From Selaginella moellendorffii (taxonomy: Eukaryota; Plantae; Lycopodiophyta), in NCBI RefSeq assembly GCF_000143415.4, contig NW_003314269.1:3457887-3505960 (forward strand): a stretch of DNA of 48,074 bases, written 5' to 3'. The notes below the pieces were generated by a model. The model saw only the letters and a list, made by a program, of their open reading frames with translations. It was not told the DNA's origin and made no database searches. This document shows positions 13,995 to 23,920 of the stretch, piece by piece. Made by a program: the position numbers and the translations under genes. Numbering within the stretch: position 1 is the stretch's first letter; every line of letters begins with the position of its first letter.

Positions 13995-16337
13995 TCTATA
14001 ATAATAGCTGAACTTTCTAGGCTGCTGGATCCAGCCAATGGCAGCTGTCCAATGGGGGTATTTCTTTAACCACGTTTTGCTGAAATTTATTACAATAAGG
14101 AGTTGCCAAATTTCTGGGTTGCCGGATTAAGCCAATCACAAGGGTAACTGTAAAAAAGTTACTTCTTTAACCACATGTTTGCATTGACGTTTGCTCTCGG
14201 GAGGAGAAAAAGGCACTATGACACATGTCACATGCAAAGTGTTAACTGTTGAGTGAAGAAAGCATTGTGAAGAATGCATCACCATCGCTGTTCCTGTTGG
14301 GTGATTGCTTGCTAGCTATCTAGGGATGCAACAGCGTGGAGAGCAGGCTGGTCCCAGGGCTACTGATGGCGTGGCCGCGCATTTTCTCCATTTCTGATTT
14401 TGGGGGAGTGAGTGACGGGATCATGCTTAACACCAAGGCGTTCTAAAAGGCAATTGAAGGCAATCAATCACATTGGCAGCTTTGGCAAGCTGGGAGGCAT
14501 GATGATCAACTCACCAAATCAATCTCACAAGCCACATGACTCTCTTCTTGGAACAGGACGCCACAATCCTTGCCTCCAAGGTAAGAGAAGAGTTTTAGCA
14601 CGGAAGATAAAAAGTGATTTTTTTATGGATTTCTTCGCTAGGATCCTTAAGATTGGCCCATGCTCGATCCCTTGCCATCATATGGGCGAGGAAGGCTGAT
14701 TGATTTCATCTGTGGATGCCCAGAAGTACTGTGGGAAGAGGGTGTAATTTCTGAGTTGCAATGAGAGGTGAGGCAACCCATATGTATGGATTTTGGTATA
14801 CAATCGGACCAGCCAACACTAAAAAGTCTGCCATACCATTGTGAGATACCTTTCTCAGGAAGGCCACCACATGATTTTCCTTGATGCTCAAAGGCTCTGT
14901 GAGAATCTGGAAGCAACTTTGTTATGGAACCTTGTGCAAGAATTCCCCGCCATGGCCAGTGTTTCAACAATTTCTAAATGTGTGGCCTTTTTGATGCATT
15001 CGAAAGTAAGAGCTACAATTGTAGTGGACAGTGGCAACATAATTTCAATGAAGAATAGTACTGCTGCTTTGTTAGTTGGCCTTGTGAATGTCTGCAATTT
15101 AGTCTTTTTGCTTTGCTCTCCAGTCAATGGAACGAAGTGATCTGCAATCCCAAAACTCATTTTGTTGAGCTGATAAATTATGTATGTCTTTGGTGGCATC
15201 ATTAGATCAAAATCCAAAACTGGCAAATATGTAAATTTTGTTTAACAGGTTGCCGAGTAAATATACTTTATTATTTTTATTTCTTAATGAATAAAATAAT
15301 CAGCATTATCTAAACTTATTCTGTTTTATAAAGTATTATAATATTTGAATAGTTTAGGTCAAAATTAACTTTTATATTTAATTTTAACAGTATTTAAAAA
15401 TATAATAAGAAAATAATATTCTGTACATATGGCTTATCTAAATATCATTAAAACATATAAAAATTAACAATAAGTAATGGTATATCAAATGTGGGTTCAC
15501 TTAGTTTTATGAATGTGTAAGACCATGATTAAAGTTTCAAGTGTTAATACAAAAATATTTAACAACTTTAACAATAAGAGTATAAATTATATTTGTTACT
15601 ATACTAGCTATTTACAATCTAACTTATTATCAACAAAACTATGATAATGTATTCAGTATTTTATTAAACTATAATATTTTAAAAATTTTTTACTAACTGC
15701 AAATATAGTTTATAATTTATAGTTTCTATAACATATATATTTAAAAATAATTATTTTTTGATTGGATTTGGGTAGTAATATATTAATGTTTCTAAAAACT
15801 TATTATTTTATATTCTAAGTAAAATATATAATTAATTAATGTCTTGCAGTGGGTGTTAAACCCATATATGCGAAAGGAAATTAATTCATGAGATCCCCTT
15901 CTGGGATGTACCATAGATTGATCTTGATTTTCTGAGAAGGGTTTGAGTATTAGTATACTTTTTAGGACCTAAAAAATGAAAAAAAATTTATATATAATAT
16001 ATTTCTAATAATAGAAAAATCATTTTTATATTTTTCTTTGTCAGGTATTTCTCTAAATATATTCATATTTCCAAAGAATAATTTGTATATTATATTTTTG
16101 TTAATGAATATTTATTCTTACTTATGCCTAGAAATATATTTTGTTCTAAATATTTATATTATCAAGTTTACAAGAATTGATTTTTGTATTCATCTAGCAC
16201 TTTCTAGGCATAATTCCCTCAATCAAAGTGGAATACAATATTTATTATTTTAATACTATTCCAATTTAGTTTTTAATATATTAAAAAATCAAAACAATAT
16301 TTTTCTAAGTACACAGCATATGCTGGGCAAATACTAA
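13995..16337 (+). mobile_element. Non-autonomous Helitron, copy 2, both ends visible
   Basis: 5' A|TCTATAATAATAG at 13995. 3' CAGCATATGCTG-GGCAAATA-CTAA (CTRR, 16334-16337) followed by T. No TSD. Confidence 0.75.
14365..15230 (+). pseudogene. Polygalacturonase (GH28) fragments inside Helitron copy 2
   Basis: FSISDFGGVSDGIMLNTKAF*KAIEG, TLFLEQDATILASK|DP*DWPMLDPLPSYGRGR. Confidence 0.75.
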
Positions 16338-16358
16338 TTTTTCTCAAGGGAAGTTGCA

Positions 16359-17881
16359 GGGAAGCCAATTACATATCGAAAAACATGTCGCTGAAAGGGT
16401 TGATGAAGAACAGCTCCCGCACCAACGAAAGCGAGAGAAATGAGGTAGCTCTAAGGAAGAGCACTGTTGGAAGTCCGAGCCGGCCAAAGTTTGTGAAGCC
16501 ATATTCAGGTGCAGATGTCTGCGAAGTTTCTTCGTCAGCAGTAAGTCTGAAAGATTTAAGTTGGTGTTCTAACTTTTGCTTAGCAGAATTCAACGTTAGG
16601 AAACTCGAGCGTTGATCCTCATGTCACTTTTGGAAAGGGCCATTCAAGATCTAAAAGCTGGAGTTGCTCAGCGTAAGGAAGTTATATATTTGGTGATGAT
16701 TTCTAACGTGGCTCTTTGTACTAGTGCATCCGATTCCAGATGTTCTAGAGCCAAATGCCACTGGAAAAGTAAGGCGTTTGCCAAGGGAAATAAAGGCCAA
16801 AATAGCGAAAGTTGCTAGACTTGCGGTATGCAGTAAAGATATTTACGAACCGATTCTGAGTCCGTTGTGCTTTTGTAGGCGAGGCAAGGAAAAGTTCCTG
16901 ACGAGCTTATCGATTGTTTGATGAGCATACTTGGTCATCTGATGCAGTTGAAGACACTGGTACTTTTCTCCACCCTGTTGTTTACTAGAATGTTGTTTTT
17001 CTTCTTTACATCTGTAGAGAAATTTGAAGGAGATGGCTTAGTCGCTAAGCAAGAAAAGGAACATCGTTTGTCGCATATGAAGCGTGACTTGACAGAAATT
17101 GTTCGCTCAAGGGTACAATCGATACAGGCAAAGGTATAATAATGTTATTAATTGTTGAAAAACTGTCAGGCTGAAGAAGGATTCTCCAACGACGTTCAAG
17201 GAGTTGGTGAAAAGAACTACAAATGGGACCAAGCTACAGAAGACTGGATCTGCGAACTCTATGATCAGTACCTAGGTTTACTTGCATTGCAACGTTTGAA
17301 GGTGTTAAGTGTTATTCCTCTGCAGGGAACTGATGAGTACTCAAAGTCGCAAGCTCTATATGGAGGTTTATTGTGTCCAAATTTCTCCACCCTACTATAT
17401 TCTTGAATTTTTTTTTAATTTTATTTTTCCAGCTGGCTGATCTATGGCCTGAGGGCTGGATGGACAAGGACGGGATCAAGAATGCTGTTTACAGAGCGAA
17501 AGAAAGGAGAAAAGCTTTGCAGAAACAAGTAAGCGTTTTCTACTATGTACTTTTGCGTTGATTTACAGCACCGTTCCGTGCAGAGTTTAAACGAATCGGC
17601 CTTTGGCGTTGGCGCCAAACATTAACGGGACAATTTCCAACCGGGATTTACCTTCTAGTGCTGTTCAAGCTGGGAAGCCTGCTGTTATCTGGAAGCAAAT
17701 GCAGCGCCTGGACAAGCACGACGATTTCAAGGATAAGAAGTGGGTGGAGGAGTCCATCGATACCGATCCGAGCACGTTGGCTTTACTCAAGTTCAAGAAG
17801 CAGACCAAGCCTGTGGGAACTTCGATCGGTGGAGTCAGTCTTTCTAGACAGACCGTCCTGATCCGTCACTTACAGGTGTAA
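16359..17881 (+). pseudogene. 3' part of a ubinuclein gene, copy 2
   Basis: LERAIQDLKAGVAQ, RRLPREIKAKIAKVARLA, QEKEHRLSHMKRDLTEIVRSR, EDWICELYDQYL, LADLWPEGWMDKDGIKNAVYRAKERRK. Its lesions differ from copy 1. Confidence 0.78.
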
Positions 17882-18026
17882 GGTAAGCAGGATTTGGAAA
17901 GTTAGATAGCGAAGGACAGCTGGATTCTTCGGATTTTTTGTTCTCTTAAAGTTTGGAAGGGTGGAGAAGGGAAGCACGTAATTGCTATTAGATGGGCCAG
18001 AGCATTCGGACCGCACGAGCAACGAC

Positions 18027-19203
18027 TCAGCTGCTCCAAAATTTGTCGTCTGGTAAGATATTCTTCTCTTTCATCTTTCGTATCCAGTAGATTACGGACT
18101 TTTCACTGTTCCTGTAAGCCGTGTTCTTTGCTCTTGTTCATGCAGCTGACTACCTGGAACGGGAAGTTGAGACACAAATCGACAGCCCACCACGTCTCGT
18201 CCTGTACTGCCGTCTCGAGAAGGCCGTTCTCGACAACGATCTGCTCCCACACGTTTTTCTTATTCTTCAGAAGCTGTTCGAGACTGACTGGCTTTCCATC
18301 GTACACCGGACACTCAAGCTTGAACTCCCGAGCCATGACAGCCCAAAGCCTCTCCCAGCTCGTGCAGTCTCCGTCGGCAACGTTAAACGCTTCATTCTTG
18401 GCGCTTGGATTCGTCGCAGCCCACAGCTCCTGCTCCGCAACAAGGTCGGCATCCGAAACGTTCGTAAGCGTCTCCCACGACTGCCGGTTTCCTGGAAAAT
18501 TAAAGCTGAGCTTCTGGTGTTTGCAAATAGCAGCATATATGGCCAAGCTGCCAAGAACGTTGGCGTGGTTCCGAGGAGCAAAGCCGAAGATTATGTTAGG
18601 CCGGTGGACGGACCACGTTATGCCCGACGACGGCGAGCATGCCTCGAACAAGATATCCTCCAGAGTGTAGTAGAAGTTTGGAAGGCCGGGGACTCGGGGC
18701 AGGTCCTCGCGGAATGGAGGCCGATAGTGCTTGATGGTGCCGAAGTGAAAATACGGTCCCAGGTAGTGCTTGACACCGGTTTGGAGGCAGACGTGCTTGA
18801 GTCTCTTGGCAACTGGTAGCAGCGTTTGGAGGACAGATCGCAGCATGAAACCATTGGCCTCGCAGTTCTCCTCCTCGGTGCTCTTCTTTTCCCAGGCAAC
18901 CCAGAATACATGAGTCACTCCGTCGAGGCTGGAGAGCTTGGGTGTGACTTCGGACAGATTCAGCAGGTTACACTGGATATAGTCGACGTCCGGGTGCTCG
19001 AACCAGCGGGGCCTGGGCCGGCGAGCGATGCCGCGGATTCTCCAGGGGGCTCCGGGTGCGTCGGGACGCTGCAAAGCTTCGACCAGGCTATTGCCAACTA
19101 TGCCGGTCACTCCAACAATGAGAGCTTCGTTGTGACCATCGTGTTTGCTGGCGGCCTCCGGGGGCTCTGTTCTAGAGCAGCAGAGAGGAAGCAGTGAGCA
19201 CAT
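18027..19203 (-). pseudogene. VEP1: PRISE/VEP1 copy 2, frameshifted near the 3' end (366-aa ORF)
   Basis: Near-identical to copy 1. An 8-nt deletion (CTGAGGAA on + strand, at ~18117) gives ...EHGLQEQ* at 18103. Confidence 0.85.
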
Positions 19204-22089
19204 ATTTACCTTTGCGAGAGCTGGGCGCGGCCAAGTCTCAAACAGTAAACCTTTTAAATGACTCCCCCGACCGGAGAGATTCCAATTTCCACGTTTCGAC
19301 TGTTCAAATAGCTAGAACAGAGGTATCATGAAAGTGATAATGTGGATATAACAAACAATGGTTAAAGCTTTGAGTGTAGCTTTGACAAGGCTCTTCTCCT
19401 CGAGCTCTTGGGTTCAAATCCTATGGGCGCCAAAGGAGAACATAATAATAGTATGGTTGAGCTTTGTTTGAAATGCATTCCAAGTGATCTCAAACAAGCT
19501 GGCATCATTTGTCGATGGTATTGAGATAGGGGGAAGTGGCTTGCCACAAACTGTATGGAAGAAAATGGAGCAACTAAACTAAATCCCCTTTTGAATCTGA
19601 TGGGCCACCAGTGAGAAAATGGCTCAATATGTTATCTTAGACTCCATTGACTTTGGATGGATCTTGACACTTTGCTTGACGAAAACAAGCAAATTTGAGC
19701 ATGTTCCAAATAGTATATAAATAGATATTGCCTTGACTGATATACATTAATAATGGAAAATAGAAGTGCTAATGTGCCAATTACATCCAAGTTTGTGGTA
19801 AGTGATTTATATAGAAAATATTAAATATAAGTACTCTAAAAAAAATAATGATCAAAAAAGTTCCACTACTACCTCTCCATGGTCAACATGAATCTGACAA
19901 TTGTGGTGGGAAATTACTACCTCTCCGGTCAACATGGATGGTGGGAATCTATCAGCTCATGGGACTGAAACATTGGCAATACAAAACAGGCCAGCACCAC
20001 CCTGTTTTCAACATGGATCAGACAATTTGGGTGGGAATCTTTCAACTCATGGGCTGGTTGGTGTTCCATTAGGCTAGGTTGAAATTACACGGATCTTCAG
20101 CACCCGTTTACACTGTTTTGTACGTGTTCTGTGCTCCTTTATAACACACATGAATTAGGAGCATAAATTTGGCTTATAAGCCTCCTGTCTTGTACACTTT
20201 TCACTTAAGACATTGTTTGGCTTTATTATGTCACTCCTAGGTAGCGGCTGCAAGGCAATCGATCAATCTAGAAAATGTCTCACTATGATTAAAATCTCAC
20301 AACCTGACCAGAGTGGCTTTGTGAGTATGGCCCGACATCAATGTGATTGAGTGGAGGTTCGCTTTGAGGCAAGTATCATGTGTGTCAGGCCATAGCGGGT
20401 GGCTCAAGGTCTCATAGGGTCACCTAGGAAGTTGACGACTCATGAGCTTTGCCAATGCATCATGTGTAGGTTTAGCTTTAATTCACGGAGTTGTGCTAAC
20501 TCATGTTTACATTTGTTTAGTTCCTAGGGATGATAGGTCTACCAGTTACTCAAAATAGTGTTAAATGGAATATAGTTTCAACATTTCAATGGTCTAGCTA
20601 ATAACACAATAATGCTAATCCCAATCTATATGGACAAAATAGGATTGACACCTCAAGGAATTAATAGGAGTATTTCCATTAATGGTGATAATGGTGACAA
20701 AAGTGTAATATAGAGATTGTTGTAGTGAAATCATGTAGTCCACAATCTCATATGCTAATTATTATGCACATATTTTTGTCTTTTATGCTTCCCATCTCCT
20801 CAAACTCTAGATATATATTTTAAATAGATGATATTTATAACAATTTGGACCTGAAGTGCATAAATATTTATTGCCTTGAAATATACAGAAAAATATTTCC
20901 ACTTGCTTTTGTTAATATGTAGGATTTGTTTCATTGATTAGAGAGAAGTTTAATATGTGAAGACTGTAATTTGTGGTATACTTCTACATACCCAGAACAA
21001 TTATGAATTTAAGACCAACGGTGTGTGTTCTAATAATTTTTTTTAAATAATAGAAACTATGATATTTTTCATGAATGATATAAAAATACATTTTTTATTA
21101 AACAAAGTGTTGACCATGACTACACCTATTTTCTGGGCACTGAGATCGCTCGAGCAGCAGCAGAAGCCCAAGGCCACAAGGAAGGTCTGGCAACTAGAGC
21201 AGGATTGATCATCCCCCTGGCGGTGGAGTGCAAGTTCCATGGCAGATCAACATGTTTGAGGATTGTGAGAGGTAGAACTTTGTGTGGCCGATGCCACCAG
21301 ACAATTGAAGATCACATGTTTTCTTCTCACACAGTATTTCTTGACAGGAACAGAAATAATGCAAGCAGTGAATGCTCAATTGTTATTTAGAGCTTGCTGG
21401 AAGGCATTTGAACGCTTGATCAGGTTATTTGAGTCTTACGGTAAGTCTCTCCCCAAGGGAGAGACTGCTACTTGGACAGTGACAAGCTCATAGTGCTGGA
21501 TCTTGAGGTTGAGACCCTGGCAAGGAGATGAGGAAGTGAGCAATGGGATCACGCTTAACACCAAGGCATTCCAGAAGGTGATCAATCACATTGGCAGCTT
21601 TGGTGAGCTGGGAGGCATGACCCTTTAAGTGCCGCAAGGCAAATGGCTCATGCCGAATTGGCCAAAGAACAAACATCTATCTCACCTACAAGCTTGGGAG
21701 CTTTGTCGCTCATTTCTTCGTCACCACTATTATCATCACTACTGCTTGAATTGATTGGATAATTCTGTGTGGTACAAATATAAGGGATTGATAAAATGAA
21801 TTGAAATACACACTTATTTTCAATAATTTTGGCAATGCCTGGTATAGAGGCTACTCCTCCAACATGTAAGGTGACTAACTCATGCTCGATTAGAAAAGAA
21901 AAAAGAAGGCTTATTAGGAGGATACTTGAGAAAAACTTCATTTTTAAGTCCAAGCAACCTATAAAATACTGGCAATGCTTAATGCGACTGAAGACTATGA
22001 CTATAGTTACTGTAAGGAACTAACTCCCTGAGGTGTCGTAGGCTAAAGGATCTCCGAAAGCATGACCAAAATGATAAAGAGTTCATCGG

Positions 22090-22370
22090 ATGGGACCGAG
22101 TCTGAGATCGAGTCCATGACCGACTCGGAGACCGAGTTCAAAATAGAGTCCGGAATTGAGTCCGAGGCCGACTCGGAGACCGAGTTCGAGACCGAGTTCG
22201 AGACGGAGTCTGAGATCCAAAATCGAGTCCGAGACCGAATCCGAGGTCAAGTCCAAGGTCGGGTCCGAGATCGGGTCCAAGATCGAGTCCGAGATCGAGT
22301 TCGAGACCAAATCCAAAGTCGGATCCAAGATCAAGTCCGAGATCGAGCCAGAGACTGAGTCCGAGTACTA
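22090..22370 (+). repeat. GAGACCGAGTCC-like 6/12-bp tandem array in the 5' LTR (second copy ~24410-24660)
   Basis: Degenerate (GAGACC/GAGTCC/GAGATC)n run; copy number differs between the two LTRs. Confidence 0.85.
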
Positions 22371-22961
22371 ATATGGGTCAAGGGGTGAAAGCCCAAAGCG
22401 TGCGTCTCCCCGGGGGGGTGGGGGGGGGGCTGCAGGGGGTTCCAAAAGTATAGTAGGGATAGTGAGGTCCAAGAACTAGTTTTGAAGGAACTCTTCAGTG
22501 GGGCTTCCAAACTGACTTGAGGTTGGGACTGGGACTGAGGGGCTTTGGGTGGGAGTGAGCATGGACTTGGTTGGTGCCGGAGGGGCTATCCAAGGAAGTG
22601 CTCAAGAGCAGCTCCCACTCTCGAAAGGGAAACCGACTATGGTGCTCCCAGCTCATGTGGAGTGGTGCCCCACTTGAGTACCATGCAATTCATTGGTCCT
22701 CGCCCTTCCTAAGGGCTTGGACCTTCCCTTCGGGATGAAAGTGGGGGGGTAGAGGTACCCATACCGGGCCGTTAGGCCACGGTGTTTTGCCCTGGCGTCC
22801 CGAAGCAAATGTTGCACGCGAAACTTGGGATTTAGAGGGTCCCATGATCAAGTCTTGTGGTACCAAGGGGTGTTAGGAACCTGGAAGCTTGGTATGCTTG
22901 GCTGCTTGTGCTTGTGAGGAGTGTAGCCGAACCTTAAGTCCAGTCTAACCCGGGGAGGGGG

Positions 22962-23920
22962 TTCTGGAGGACACTCCTAAAACAGTATCGCACCAAGTTG
23001 AAATTCAGCACAGCCTATCACCCGCAAACAGGTAATGGGTATTAAGTCAAGATTGATGGCACTAACACTTCTTGACAGACGGACAAATAGAAAAGGTGAA
23101 TAGGCAGCTGGAGGATTATTTGCGATGCTATGTCTCGGGAGACCAGACCTATTGGGTAAGTCATTTGGGATTTGCGAAAATGTGTTATAACAACTCACCA
23201 CATTCGAGTATCGGGGTGAGTCCATGGGAAGTCATCAATGGGCAAACCATTGAAGGTCCTGTGGAACTCGGCGTGGCCGAGTATCATGGAGAGTTACCCA
23301 CAGTAGAGGCATTTACGGCGGAAAGACTCAACATTTGGAATCTAGTGAGGGATTCCTGGCTCAACAAAGGCAAACTAAGTACGCGAACTAGAAGTGCCGG
23401 GATGTAGAGTTCCAAGCTGTAGAGAAGGTGTGGCTGAACACCAAGAATCTCAGGCTACCAAGTGGGATCAGCCGGAAGCTGACCCAAAGGTAAAAATGCA
23501 TGTATTTCTGTAAATGAATTGATCTTGAGTTCCTTAAGCAGGTTCGCGGGGCCTTACAAGATTGAGGCCCGAATCAGTAAAGTGGCTTACCGTCTCTGAC
23601 TTCCTCAAGAGATGGGGAAGATGCATCCCGTGTTCCACGTGAACTTACTCAAGCCGTATTTTGAGGATCCGCTTTGCAAGGACCAAGTGAGACCTTTACC
23701 TGAGGTTATCCAAGGGGAAGAGGAATACGAAGTCAAGGCCATCCTCAATGCGCGCAAGAGCAAGTGACAAGGACGCGAGGTGAGAGAGTTCCATGTGAAG
23801 TGGAAAGGATTTCCACACTGCGAAGCAATATGGGAACTGGAGGAGAACCTAGCGAACGCGTGAGATCTAGTGGAGGAATTTCTGCAAGGCAGAACTCTAT
23901 GTATTTATGCAAAGTTCAAT
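22962..23920 (+). pseudogene. Integrase C-terminal half + GPY/F motif + chromodomain, with two GT-AG introns (23032-23078, 23490-23541)
   Basis: TKLKFSTAYHPQT|DGQIEKVNRQLEDYLRCY...SRKLTQR|FAGPYKIEARISKVAYRL*LP...HPVFHVNLLKPY...EYEVKAIL...FHVKWKGFPHCEAIWE. Several stops and frameshifts. Confidence 0.88.

Larger units (their letters stand above)
14023..19488 (+). repeat. Tandem segmental duplication, unit B
   Basis: Same order as unit A: Helitron, UBN fragment, PRISE. Confidence 0.9.

Noticed and set aside
19620-19665. DFGW resembling the BAHD DFGWG motif
   Set aside because: Incomplete motif with no supporting ORF or HxxxD.
22090-22370. Possible CRISPR-like array or real SETE-rich protein gene
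   Set aside because: No unique spacers; a simple tandem repeat inside a eukaryotic LTR.
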